From Cetorhinus maximus (Eukaryota): a stretch of DNA of 64,000 bases. This document shows, piece after piece, positions 50,702 through 64,000 of this stretch. The position numbers and the translations under genes are program-made. The notes under the pieces are model-generated. The model did no database searches, was not told the origin of the DNA, and saw nothing but the letters and a program-made list of their open reading frames with translations. The first letter of the stretch is position 1. Every line of letters starts with the position of its first letter. The DNA is taken from positions 21,018,001-21,082,000 of the forward strand of contig NC_135902.1 of NCBI RefSeq assembly GCF_964194155.1, written 5' to 3'.

Positions 50702-53700
50702 ATGGCGATCAACAGGCCGGGGGAGCCCGGTAACCAGAGGTAACCGGGGGCTTGTAGGGAGAGGGGAGCCATGTTCAGGCTGCGGACACTCAACTGGGCC
50801 TGGCTGGGGATTTGCTCTTATTTATTAATTAGATTGGTTATATTACTCCATGTATTAATTGTATTTTTATCAATTATATTTATTGTTGATATTATTGTAT
50901 TTACCAATTATAATGTAGAAATGCAGCACAGGAGGGTTAGGGTTAGGGCCATTTGGCCCATCATGCCCTTGCCAGCTCTTTGAAAAAGGCCAGCTAGTTC
51001 ACTCCCCAACTCCTTTCCCATCGTTTGCAATTTTCTTCAAGTATTTATTCAATCCCCTTTTGAAAGTTACTATTGAATCAAAAACAATTGTTGGCTCACC
51101 TAGGTCTGTGTCCTCTGGTTCTCTTGGCAGTGGAAACAGTTTCTCTAGAGTAAACAGGAGGATATGGAGTAGTTAGGAGGAACAGAGGGACCTTGGAGTG
51201 TGTGTCCACAAATCCCTGAAGGTAACAGGACGGGTCGATGTGGTTGAAGACATACTGCCATATGCCTTCTTATTCGAATATAAGAGAAGGGAGGTGATGC
51301 TAGAACTGTATGCAACACTATTTCGATCAAAGCTTGAATAATGCGTACAGTTCTGGTCACCACATTACAAGTAGGATGTGTTTGCAATGGAGTGAGTGCA
51401 GAGGAGATTTATGAAGATGTTATTAGTACTGGAAAATTTGGCTATGATGAAAGTTTGGGTAGGCTGGGGTTGTTATCCTCTGTTCCAAGGATACTGAGGG
51501 GTGACTTAATTGAGGTATATAAAATTATAAAGGGCCTAGAGTAAATAGGGATGACCTATTTACCTTAGAGGGGTCAAACACTATCGTCTATACCTTTTAA
51601 AGTAGTTGGTAGAAGGATTGAAGGGGAGATGTGGAAACATTTAATCACCCAGAGGATGGTAGGGACCTGGAACTCACTGCCTGAAAGGGTGGTTGAGGCA
51701 GAAATTTTTGCCATGTTTTAAGAAGTACTTGGACGTCTACGTGAAGAGGTGTGTCCTGAAGGCTACAGACCTAGCGCAGGAAGGAGGGATTAGGCTAAGG
51801 AGATTTCATGATTAGCATAGGACATGATGGATCGAATGGCCTCCTTGTTGTTCCATCATTATTAAGTGTCAGTTGTGGCTCAGCTGGTATCATTCTTGCC
51901 TCTGAGTTAGAGGGTTGTGGGTTCAAGTCCCATTCCAGAGCCTTGAGCACAAAATCCATGCTGAGGCTCCAGTGTAGTAATGAGAGAGTGCTGCACTGTC
52001 CGAGGTGCTGTCTTTTGGAGAGATTTGGATAGATGATAGATGTCCTGCTCTTTCAGGAGGATGTTAAAGATCATATGATACCAGTTTGAAAAAAAGCAGA
52101 GGTGTTCTACCTGGTGTGCTGGCCAATATTTACCCTCAATCAATACCTCTAAGTACAGATTATCTGGTCATTATCAAAGAGTAAGAGGTGATTTGATTGA
52201 AACCTTCAAGATCCTTGAGGGTTCTTGACAGGGTGGATATGGAGAGGATGTTTCCTCTTATGGGAGAATCTAGATCTAGGGGTCACTTTAAAAATAAGGG
52301 GTTGCTCATTTAAGACAGAGATGAGGGTATGAGTCTTTGGAACTCTTCAAAAGGCAGTGGAAACAGTCTTTGAATATTTTTAAGCAGAACTAGATAGATT
52401 CTTGATTAAGGGGGTGAAAGGTTATTGGAGGTATGTGGGAATGTGGAGTCGAGGCTACAATCAGATCAGCCATGATTTATTGAATGGCAGAGCAGGCTCG
52501 AGGGGCCAGGTGGCCTACTCCTCCTAATTCATATGTTCGTACATTGCTATTTGTGGAAGCTTGTTGTGTCCAAATTAGCTGCTGTTTTTCCTTAATGCAA
52601 CAGTGACTAACATTTCAACAGTATTTCAATGTTTGTGAAGTGTTTTGGGATGTCCTGAGGTCATGAAAGGTGCTATATAAATGCAAGATTTTCTTTTTGA
52701 GCACCTCTAGCAAATCTCTTGGCTTTCTCTGCTCTAAGGAGAGCAATCCTAGCTTCTGCAGTCTCTCTTCCTTTACTGAAGTTGCTCATCTCTGGTACCA
52801 TTCTAGTAAATATGCCCTGCACCCTCTCTGAGACATTGACACCCCAGAATTCATTATGATATTCCTGCTGAGGCCTAACTAGTGATTTATAAAGATTTAG
52901 TAACTTCAATGCTTTAGCACTCTGTGCCCCTATTTATAAAGCCAGCCAAGGACTCCATCTGCTTTTTATTTATTATTCATTCATTGACAGGATGTGGGCT
53001 TCGCTGGCTGGGCCAGCATTTATTGCCCATCCTTAGTTGCCCTTGAGAAGATGGTGGTGAGCTGCCTACTTGAACCATTGCATTTTGGCTTGCGAGGGCA
53101 TTTCTTTTTTTAAAAAAAAAGTCAGCCACATTGCTGTAGGCCAGACCAGATAAACAGATTAGGTTTTTACAACAATGATTTCATAGTTTCCAGATTTTTA
53201 TTGAATTCAAATTCAACCTGGGATTTGAACCCTGGTGCCCAGAGCATTACCTGTGTCTCTGGATTACTAATCCAGCGACAATATCACTATGCCATCACCT
53301 CAGCTATCTCAACTTGGTTTTGCCACCTTCAAGATTTGTGTACACTCCGGGACCCTCTGTTTCTGCATCTCCTGATTTTTTTTTTGTACCAAAATGTGTC
53401 ACTTCACACTTCTCTGCATTAAAATCCATAGGCGATGTGTCTGCCCATTTCAAACGTTTGCCTGCATTGTCCTAAAATATGTCACCATCCTCCTCTTTGC
53501 CCTGGTATACTTAAGCCTAGGTTCTTACTGAAAAAGGAGACATGTCGAAGCTGATCATCTTGCATTCATCAGGACACGTCGCCAGAATACCAATATAAGG
53601 AAAAAAACAATAATTTATACTGATGTGAGAAGAGTGCTCATTGGTCGAGGTGTTGCCATGGAGAATGCACCAGTGATGGTGACCGACAGTTAACTGCCAA

Positions 53701-56700
53701 GCATTGTTTGAAATTTAAACCAGGCAGCTTGACCCTGATTGGTCAAGGCATTGCCCTGAGGAATGAGTCAGTGAATGGATATCACTTGTTTAGCTGAAGC
53801 AGGCGCAATGCGTGTACATGTTCTTTCTGTCTGCAAAGAACAGGGCCCTGTGTATTAATATATGTAGCTTCCAGTACACACACATGCGCCACACAATGAA
53901 TCTGACTGACAATCCTAAATTGGTTGTCAACATAATTCTTAGCACACTGAAAATTATTTAGCAAATGTTGTCCAATCGCGGAATCACATCTAATGTTGGA
54001 CACTGCTTTGAGTTTTGCAAGCGCAGGCTTGCTGGGTATACAGTCTCTACCTTTCCCATTGCGAACAGTGGAAGGGACGTGCTGTTTGATACGATCCACC
54101 AGTTTTTGGGACATACGGCCTACATACCTAGCTTCGCACTGACATCAAAATCATATACCACATTACTCATTTGTGTGATAGGCAGAACATCTTTTTGGCT
54201 TGACGGCAGAATCCTGATAGTGGTGAATACTGCTTGTGTTTCTACTGTAAAGAAGCAGTGTGGAACAGCTAGCTTCACCTGTTGCTCAAATTTTTGAGAT
54301 ACCTTGTCCTTCCAGGGTGACCTGAGGTCGACTGGGCACATTTCAGGCCTGAAAGTGATGGCTTTAGGCCCATATGTGAGTTTGCATGACATGCAGGATG
54401 CTGCCATCAAGCCAAAAAGACATCCTGCCTATCACACAAATGAGTAATGTGGTATGTGAATTTGAGTGCCAGTCCTGATACACCACTTCCATATCTAAAG
54501 AGGATTGAAAGATTGTAGCCAGAGTCTTCACAATTTCCACCTTTATTTCCCTCAGCAACTTGGGATGCATCCCATCGAGACTAGGTAGCTAACCCACCCC
54601 AAGTACTGCCAATTTTTTTCAGTAACTTGTCCTGGATTTTGTTTTAAAATAACAGTGAGACTAATGGTGCTCATCATTATTATGGAGTAAATTGATACAT
54701 ACACATTTAAATGTGGAAATCAGAAGTTCTTGTAAGAGATGCCACAGTCACCCACAGGGGTGTGCTATATCAGTCCTCACTGATGGTGTGAATTTGGGAT
54801 ACTGCTACTAGCTCCACACTAAAGGTGTCATTAGAAGGTTGAGCTGTTTCACTGAAGACTAAGTGAATTTTTTAATGGCATACCAAACAACCCCTCCTGC
54901 CTTGAAATTGCATCTTTTTAAGTGTGATGTCACTTTCCCCCAGAAATTAATTTTTGTTGGAGACTTAAAAAATTTAAATTTTTTATCTGCTCCCCCTCCT
55001 AATCTCTTTATATCGCCATTTCTTCATGCCATCTGTCTTTTCTGATCATTACTTTTTGTATGATTTAAATCTAATTCATATTCTTCCTAGTTTAAACTCT
55101 GCGTGATTTGGTGAGGATCCTTTAGTCTGGTTGAGGAGCCTTGCTGTTGCTTACCTTGCTCACATATGTCTTGTTTAGAGCATGTCTCTTCTCAAAATCT
55201 CTGCAAAACTTTCTGGGCAGCTGTCAGTGAGGTGAACAATGAGAATCTCCTTTCCCAGATGATCTAAGAATCTAGGCCCACCTCTTTATTTTTAACCTAC
55301 CTAATATTGTTACTGCCTCTTTTACCACTACATTGGCAGCATCCTCTTTAGTGAAGACAGATGCAAAGAACTCATTCAATGTTTCAGCCATGCCCTCTGC
55401 CTCCACAAGAAGAGCCTGTTTGGTTCTTAATCAACCCCACCATACTTTAACTGCTCTTTTACTGTTTAAATGTTTATAAAATATTTTTAGTTCCTGCTAA
55501 TCTATTCTCATGCTTGCTCCGTCTTATTTCCTCTTTGTTTTTTAGACCTCCCCTGTGCTTTCTACATGTAATTTGGTTCTCTAATATATTAAGGACCTTA
55601 CTGTTGTTACAAGCCATTTTTTTTCTGTTTATTATATTAATTGCATCTAATTAACATTAACCTAATTATCATTTGGTACATGCTGCAAAGTGGATAACTT
55701 CATGTTTCATATTTCTCCATTACATTCCATCTGTCATATTCTTGTTCACTCATTTTAACTTGTCTATATCTTTTTGCAGGCTCTTTGCATCTTCCGCACA
55801 TCTTGCTTTCCCATGTTGCCACAAACATGGATGCATTACACTGAGAACCCTCAACCTAAGGCACTGATAAACATTGTAAATAGCAGACTCCAAGCACTGA
55901 TCCTTGTGGTACCCAACTAGTTGCATCCTTCCAACCTGAAAATGACCTGTTTGTTCCTTCTCTGTTTTCTGTCATTAACCAATCCTTAATCCCTGCTAAT
56001 ATATTACCTCTCTTTTGTTATGGCTTTATTAACCTCCGTCACAACTTATAGTGATTGTGTATCTGTACTCCTAGATCCATTTGCTCCTCTACCCCATTTA
56101 GATTTTATTTTCTAAATAATGTGACCTCCTTGTTTTTATTACCAAAATGTAATGCCTCACACTTACATTGAGATTCATTTGCCCATTCTGCAAGTTTGAA
56201 TGTCATATTGCAATTTATTGTAGTCCTTATCAGTGTTGATAATCCACCTCAATTGATGTTGTCCACAAGTTTAGAAAATGCGTTTTTGATTCCAAAGTCT
56301 ATGCTAAAATGTGAAGAACACTTTACCAATTAATTATTTCTCATTATTTAAGGTGGACTGCTTCAGATCTTTATTTTTCTCAAAACTTATAAATGAAGAC
56401 GTCTCAGTTTGTTTTACAGCTCCTGGGAGAGAGGGAATCAGCAAATCAGCTGGAAGTAGAATGCAAATTTTTTTTATCAAAAAAAGTGGAATGATCCAAA
56501 TTTCAAATTAAACAACACAAAGCTGCAAATTGGCAGTTTAGTAATTAAAATTAAAATGATATGCTTTGAACATAGCAGTAGATTATTGGGAATGTTCCCA
56601 CTAATTAACAGCACTGAGCAATTAATGAAAAGTTTAATACCAATATAAAAATATTTTATTGAACAATAATGGAAATAGTGGCAATAAGTGATTATACTCT

Positions 56701-58555
56701 GCAACAGTTGTTAACATTCTCAGTGATAACTGATTTGTAATACCCCTGGCATTAATCATAGAAACAGCTGGTAATATTCCTCCCAGAATAGCTGTCAATA
56801 ATAGATTGTTACAATAGCTGATAATACTCACAATAACTAGTAATAAATCTAGCAATAACTGATCATATCTCAATAATAACTCAATAATAAATCCAACTTT
56901 GAGGGAGGGAGTGGAATCTCTCTCAGTTCACAAGTGGCACACGCAAGGCAGTGCATGTGGTATTTGTGGAGCTGCCTTCTACTGTTAGTTGTTTAATTGT
57001 CCACCAGGATTCGTAACTGCATGTAGCAGGACTGCAGAGCTTAGATCTGATGCATTGGGTGTGGGATTGCTTAGCTTTGTCTATTACATACTGCTTCAGC
57101 TGTTTGGCATGCAAGTAGTCCTGTGTCTTAGCTTCACCAGTTTGACACCTCATTTTTAGGTATACCTGGTGCTGTTCCTGGCATGTCCTCTTGCACTGTT
57201 AATTGAACTGCATGATGCCCCCGGTTGATGGTATTGGTAGAGTAGGGGATATGTCAGGCCATCTTCTCATATCCCTTTCCTTTAGCCACCTATCTAACCT
57301 ATACTTCATTACTGACATGTTCGCTCTGCCCCAAACCTCTCATTTAATATCTATGCCCCCTCAATCATTCCTGGTTGTTCTCCATTGACCACCATCAAGA
57401 AGTGCATGTGTGGACATCAGGCCTTTGTGTTGAACAGCCCACTGACATTTACTGTCTAGGCTTTTAGCCTGAATGAGATAGTGGAGATGTGCATGTGAAA
57501 CTATCCCCTAAACCTCACTAGCGACAATTCCACCCAGGGTGGAAAGGTGGAATCTGCTGGGTCACAAGGCATTGTAAGAGGCAGGTGCCCCTATTTGAAT
57601 GTGACATTACACTGTTGTTTCCTATGCTTGCAGCTTGCTGATGTTTTTTGACCACGTAGAGCTGTCATTCAGTGATGTGGACAACATGCTGGAGGCTTTC
57701 AAAGGCTCAAGAAAGGGAACTGTTTACCTGATGCCATACCAAGTAAGTAACATTGCATCTTCCACACCTGAGAACTGCTGAACAGAAGCTTGTGTTCATT
57801 CCTACATTTAATAAACACATAGGCTTTTTATTTTCACGTACATCACCAGCTGTCATCACCTGTTAGAATAGAAAAAACTATCTTTCACTTCATGTACCAG
57901 GGTTCAGCTCCAGCCAAGATTACTGGCATGATGGTCTCCTCTTGCTTTGAAACTGGCTGCTTAACAGCACGATATGCTGTATTCAGTGACCGACCTGTAC
58001 CTGGGTGTAATGTTCCCTCTAAACTGCGCAGCAGTCCTAAATTTCTGTACAGGCTGCACATAAGTCTTAAGTTACCGTGCCTGTGTGGCCAAACAAAAAT
58101 AAAACAAAAGGCCTGCATTCTTAAATGCCACCCATGCATGACTAAATAAAAATTATAGGGTATGTTGCCCACCAGAACTGTACACCAGTTATATACAGTG
58201 ATAGGTCTGGACCCGCCAGTACTCTACACAATGTTAGACTGTGCCCACCAGTGTATGTACCCTATTGTTGTAGAGTGACCCCAGTTGTGACAAACATAAC
58301 CGTGAAACAGTAACCCTGCCCCAGTAGTGACAGGCCTGTACATGTATACCTGGATGTATTTGTTTGTGCTTGTTATATCCAATGCCACATTGCTGTCCTA
58401 TTTCTGTGCTTTGCAGGTAGTATTTGTGGCAAAAGATAACAGAGAGGCGCTGAAATCCTTCACAATGCCATTTTACCTGATGAAGGGCTGTGAGATCAAA
58501 CAACCAGTGCTTGGGGCAAATTACATCAAAGGAACCATCAATGCTGAGCCACATG
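50702..58555 (+). CDS. WBP2/WBP2NL-like gene, copy B; exons 1-3 (50702-50739, 57634-57742, 58417-58555), continues beyond the window
   Basis: [13 protein letters not shown]|[36 protein letters not shown]|[46 protein letters not shown]; open frame, canonical splice sites, phases 2/0/1. Confidence 0.88.
53520..54472 (-). mobile_element. Penelope-like element 3' fragment (GIY-YIG endonuclease region) with an inverted segment
   Basis: [17 protein letters not shown]...[20 protein letters not shown]; segment about 54136-54216 inverted at about 54393-54472; hammerhead relic at 53542-53577. Confidence 0.8.
57634..57742 (+). CDS. WBP2-like copy B exon 2
   Basis: TTGCAG|C...CAA|GTAAGT, 109 nt. Confidence 0.9.
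58417..58555 (+). CDS. WBP2-like copy B exon 3
   Basis: TTTGCAG|GTA...CATG|GTATGT, 139 nt; [23 protein letters not shown]. Confidence 0.9.
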
Positions 58556-59599
58556 GTATGTGGGAGTAAAGAGGGCATTCCAGTGGTTCTCCTGTGTGTA
58601 ATATGAGAGAAACTAAAATTCTTCAACTCTTTTATATGTAACAAGTGGAGGCAGGAATGAGTGATAATGAGGTCCAATTCTGGGTTAATGTGTTGTACTA
58701 TCGCTCGATCCAGTAATGGATTAGCACACCACCATCTACTGGATTCTACACTCTATTAGCATACTGGTTTCACTAAATCCAAAGCTAGATTAATGCACTG
58801 CCTCGCACTGGATTCTGCACTGGGTTAGCAACTGACCGTTCACTGGATTTCGTCTTGGGTTAACTGGAAGTAATTGCACCTCCTCCAATGTTAGACCAAC
58901 AAGCTGACAACATAGAGGCAATGGAGAGGTCAGCAGAGTTGGTGGAGAGAGAGAGCTGGATATCATTAATATATATGTGGAACCTGACTGCTTATCTTTA
59001 GATGATGTTACCACGGGCCAACATGAAGGTAAGGAAGAGGAGGATAGATTCTTGGGAAACTTGGAGGTAATAGTGTGATGAGAAGCCATTGTAGGAGATG
59101 CTGTTGCTATGACTGGACAAATAAGAACAGAACGAGTTTCAGACAGTTCCACTTACCTGGATAAGAGAGAAGAAACGTTGGAGAAAGATGTTGTGGTCAA
59201 CTGTGGTGAAGACTGCAGAAAGGTCGCGAAGGATGAGGGGGATTAATACAGCATTGTTAGAGGATGTCATTTTTTAAAATCCTGGTCAGGGCTGTACTGG
59301 TGCTGTGACAGGCGAATAAACATGGCTGGAGGGTTTCAAACATGGAGTTGAAGAAGAGGTGGTCAGGGAATTAGAAGGGGACAGTGTATTCGAGGGCATT
59401 TTTGAAGGTGGGAAGGTGCTGTGTGGTGGTGGTTTTGAAAAGGAGATGGGTCCTAAGAAAAGGGTACCAGTTCCTGACATTTAGCATGGAGACTTGGAAG
59501 GGAAGTTGGGTTGTCAGCAGTTTAATGGGGTTGGTGTCCAGGAGGCAGGAAGTGTATCTGCTGGACAAGATGAGCTCAGAGAACCTAAGGGGAGATAAA

Positions 59600-62500
59600 A
59601 TCATAGAAAAATACAGCACAGGAGGAGGCTTTTTGCCCCATTGAGTGTCTTTTGAAGAATAATTCATTTAGTCCCACTCCCCCTCTCTTTCCTCACATAC
59701 CTGAAAATTTTTCTCCTTCAAGTATTTATCCAATTCCCTGTTGCAAGCTACGATTGAATCTGTATCTACCATCCTATCAGGCAGTGCTTTCCAATCCTAA
59801 CCATTCACTGGATAAAGTATTTTCCCTCGTGTTTTCCTCTCTTTGCTAATTACCATTAAATCTGCTCCCTCTGGCTATTGACACTTCAACCATTGGAAAC
59901 AGTTTCTCTTTATTTATTCTATCTAAATCTTTCTTTAATTTTAAAGACCCCTAACAAATTTCATCTTGGCCTTCTCACTAAGGAGAACAACCCCAGCTTC
60001 TCCAGCTCTCCACATAACATCAATCCCTCATACCTGGAACCATTCTCGTAAATCTCTTCTGTGCCTTCACCAGCACCTTCACATCCTCCTTAAAGTTTGG
60101 TGCCCAGGATTGAAAATAGGTACTTCAGCTGAGGTTTTTGTACCCTCTGCCTCTATTTACAAAGTCCAGAATCCTGTATGCTTTACTAACTGCTTTGTTA
60201 ACCTGCCCTGCCATCTTCAAAGAATGTCCCTCCCTTCTTGCACATCTTTTAGCATTGTATCCTTTAGCTTGTATTGTCTCTTCTCATTCTTCCTACAAAA
60301 ATGTATCACTTCACATTTTACTGCATTGAATTTCATCAGCCATGTGCCTGCCCATTCCAATATCCTCTACCCTTTTGAAGTCTATTGCTACCTTCAATGC
60401 TTATTGCACTTCCAAGTTTAATGTCATCTGCAAATTTCAAAAGTGTGCCCTGTACCTCCCAAGTCCAAGCCATTTATGAATATCAAAATCTTTTTTCTAT
60501 TCCCCTCAAAAACAGCAGAACTCCACATACCTCCCTCCAGTTTGGGGGAAAAACAACCATTCACAACTGTTTTCTATCTCTAGGTCAATTTTGCAGCCAT
60601 ACTGTTAAGTTAACTTTTTATCCCATGGGCATCAATTTTTCTAATCAGCCGTTTGGAAAACCATATACACAACATCATCAACGTTGCCATCATCCACTTT
60701 CTCTTATGTAGGACTTAGAAGCAGGAGTAGGCCATTTGGCCCCCTGAGCCTGCTCCACCACTCAATAAGGTTGTGGTCTCAGCTCCTCTTTCCTGACTGC
60801 ACCCCATAACCTTGACTCCCTTGTTTAACAAAAATCCATCTAAGTCAAAGACCCAACATCCACTACCTTCTGGGGAAGAGAGTCCTACACGCTAATGACC
60901 CTCTGAGAGAAAAGAAATTCTAATCTTTTTTTTGAAAAGGGAGACCTCTGTCCCTGAGATCTAGTTTCCTCCACAAGAGAAAATGTGCTCCTTGCATCCA
61001 CCCAATCTATTCCCCTCTTGATCTTGTTTGTTTAAATTTAGATCACCTCTCATTCTTCTAAACTCCAATGGGTACAGGCCTAACCTGTTCAACCTTTCTT
61101 CTTAAGATAAGCCTTTCATCTCAGGAATGAGTCAAGTGAACCTTCTCTGAACTCCTTCTAAAACAATTATATCTTTATATATTTTTTTCTCTCATCAGAA
61201 AAGTCCGTCAAATTAGCCAAACATAATTTTCCCTCCACAAATCCATGCTGGCTCTCTGTTAGTCCATGCTTGTCCAAATAATAATTTTCTCCCCAGATTA
61301 TTGCTTCTAAAAACTTCCCCACCACTGAGTGCCCTGTAGTTTATCATTCTAAACTACTAGGTTTATCCTTACACACTTTCTGAACAAGGGTGTAACATTT
61401 TCAATTCTCCAGTCTTCTGCCACAGCTCCCTTTAAGAATGTAGAATTGGAAGAATGTATTCAGCACCTCTGCAATTTTTATCTTTGTTCCCTCAGCAACT
61501 TGGATGCATCACATCTGATGGGGTGATTTCTCCACTTTAAGTCCTGCCAGCCTTTTTTTTTGTATCCCTGCTTTATCTATTTTTATCTCATCCAATATCC
61601 TAACAACATCCTCACTTACTGTAGCTTTGGCAAAGTTGTCTTCCTTCGTAAACACTGATGCAAAGTCCTCTGATAGATCTCCATTTTGGTCCCTAATCAG
61701 CCCCGCCAATCCTCTGACAACTCTTTTATTATTAATGTCTGCAGAAGACCTTTGGATTCCACTTTGTTAGCTGACAATCTATTCTCATACTCTCTCTTTG
61801 CCCTTCCTTATTTCCTTTTTCATTTCTCTGTGCTTTTTACATTCAGCCTGATTCTCCCTTGTATTATGAAGCTGAAATCTGCCAAACGTTCCCTTTTTCT
61901 TGCTTCATTCAACTCGCTAACCTTGTCATCCAGAGAACTCTAGCTTTAGTTGCTCCCCCTTTCCCCCTCATGGAATGTACCTAGACTGTCCCCAAACAAT
62001 CTCCTCTTTAGAGGCCATTCATTGCTCCATGTGATTTCTGCCTGCCAGCCTTTGACACCAATTTACCTAGGCCAGCTCTCTACTCAATTCACTGAAATTA
62101 GCTCTTCTCCAGTTAGTATTTTTATTCTAAAATTGCTTCAACTTCCCCACAACTAATCTAAACCTATGATCACCTATTCCCGAGATGCTCCTGGACTGTC
62201 ACTTTCTTGACTTACTCGACCCACTTCATTCCTCAGGTCTAATCCAATAATGCGTTGTCTTTCCTCATTTGGCAGGAAATTTGATCAAGAAAATTCTACA
62301 CAATCTCTTCAGAAATTCCTCCCCTTCTCCGCCCTTAACATAATTAATATTAGAAAAAGGGAGAATGAGCAATTTTCTTGCAGTCTGCTTCTGCATTGTT
62401 TTTGCACTATTTGGTGGCTATTAGTTGATTAGCTTCTTCTATTGTTTCTTAACTGCAAATAGATTGTGTTTTTGTTCCCTCAAGGGCATTCTCTCAAGCA

Positions 62501-63520
62501 CAGTAACACTTCTGTTAATCAAAAGTGCTACCCCTCCTTTTTTCCTTCCTGAACACTTTGTACCTGAAATATTGACCATCTAATCTCCCCTTCTTTGAGC
62601 CATTACACCACATTCCCACGTAGCTGTTTGTTCCTGCAGCTCAAAAACCTTATTAATCATACTTGTGCATTTACACATGTGCAGTCCAAACCTAACTTAG
62701 ATCTCTTGATATTTTCCATGGTCCCATCTGATTCTATATTATTTCGAACTCTAATTGTCTCCCCTAGTCATCTATGCACCTTTTTTCTACTTTTAAATAA
62801 TACTTCTTGGTGAACGTGTCCCAGTGCTGCAAAAATCTGAAACCTTCCCTTCCCTACTGTGTCTCTCTCTCTCCACGCATTAACCTCCTATTTCTAGTCT
62901 CCATAACGCATGGCACTAGAGGTAATCAAGAGGTTATATACTTTGAGGTCCTGCTTTGAACTTCCTCCCTAGCTCCTTAAACTCTGATTGCAGGACCTCA
63001 GTCCTCTTCTTTCCTGTGTTGTTGGTTCATGACATCTGGCTCTTCCTCTTCCCCGACAATATTCTACACCATCCCTTACCCTGGCACCAGGGAGGCAACT
63101 TCCCATAAGGGTCTCATATAGGTGGTAGCAGAACTGCCTGTAAGTCCCCTTGATTATCAAATTCCCAATTACTACTGCATTCCTACACTTTGTTGTACCA
63201 CCCATGTAGTCCTTTGCCTCATAGTCCTAGACTTGGGTTTGCACCCCATCAAAGGTCATTGCACTCAGCCACACTCAGTTCTGAATATGGATTTGAGTGA
63301 CGCATCTGCTGGAGGATTCCAGTATTGCCCGTCTCTTCCAACCCTTATGGCTGCCCACTTTCTATTCTGATCTCTGTTTGTGGGGGTGACCACTTCCTAA
63401 AACCTGTGACTTGCAAACAGTCAGCCACCATATGTCTTGCAGTGAATCCAGCTGTCTCTCATGCTCAGAAGCCTTCAGTGTAAGAGTGGCTGGAGGCACT
63501 TCCTGCAAAGATAGGCCTCA
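59600..63520 (-). mobile_element. Degraded long CR1 LINE including an ORF1 SGNH/esterase remnant, in intron 3 of WBP2-like copy B
   Basis: VVIGNLIIKG...CLPGARVRD ORF1 motif and [12 protein letters not shown]2 motif; a paralogous ORF1 remnant is at about 38800-39470 in unit A. Confidence 0.8.
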
Positions 63521-64000
63521 GGGACTGATGGGGCTGGATTTTACAGGGCACTGAGGCTCCTGACCCCAAGCTGAAATGTCAGCAGGAGCCTACCCAGTTG
63601 AGGTATGGCTGCCCTGCAGCTATTTAATGTCGATTGGCCATTAATTGGCTGGAGACAGGACTGCTGCCCAACAGGGACAGGAAATTCCACGTCAGAGCTG
63701 CTGGCCAATCAGAGGCTGGCAGCTGCCCAGTACCAGCAATGCCACTGAGCAGTGGCCATTGCTAGTACTGCACTCAAGCAATGAGGAGACGAGCTGTGCC
63801 GGATCATGTAAGTGCATTTTTTGGTTCATTTATGGAATGTGGGTGTTGCTGACTAGGATAGCATTTATTGCCCATCCCTAACTGCCCTTGAGAAGGTGGT
63901 GGTGAGCTGCCTTCTTGAACCATTGCAGTCCCTGAGGTGTAGGTACACCCACAATGCTGTTAGGGAGGGAGTTCCAGGATTTTGACCTAGTGACAATTGA

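Larger units (their letters stand above)
21054..64000 (+). repeat. Tandem segmental duplication: unit A about 21054-42798, unit B from 42799 past the window end
   Basis: Collinear homology of ATP5PD exon 5/intron 5/exon 6, intergenic blocks (for example 23200-23480 vs 47550-47820), WBP2-like exons and shared old repeats. Confidence 0.92.

Noticed and set aside
21054-64000. Duplication as a haplotype or assembly artefact
   Set aside because: The units are too divergent (about 86-88% in exons) and carry distinct transposon insertions.

Overview
Eukaryotic, intron-containing vertebrate DNA, most likely from a shark or other cartilaginous fish (inferred from the repeat content: CR1/L2 LINEs, DeuSINE-type SINEs, Penelope fragments). 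The left third holds two complete genes arranged head-to-head, as in human. KCTD2 is on the minus strand (6 coding exons, 217 aa) and ATP5PD/ATP5H is on the plus strand (1 non-coding and 5 coding exons, 161 aa); they share a very compact CpG-rich bidirectional promoter with ETS and YY1 motifs. The rest of the window is an old tandem segmental duplication: unit A about 21054-42798 and unit B from 42799 to beyond 64000. The junction falls inside ATP5PD exon 5. Each unit carries the ATP5PD 3' end followed by a divergent WBP2/WBP2NL-family (GRAM/PH-like domain) gene. Copy A is frameshifted in exon 3 and shows no PPxY-rich tail; copy B is intact over the three exons visible. Comparing the two units exposes empty and filled insertion sites for a young CR1 LINE, a Harbinger-type MITE, a 4-kb hAT transposon with an internal inverted repeat, and a Penelope element. 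Several Penelope-derived fragments carry minimal hammerhead-ribozyme-like motifs. All alignments were done by eye. No prokaryotic-type systems, rRNA or bona fide tRNA genes were seen, and I see no firm evidence of a wholly new biological system.
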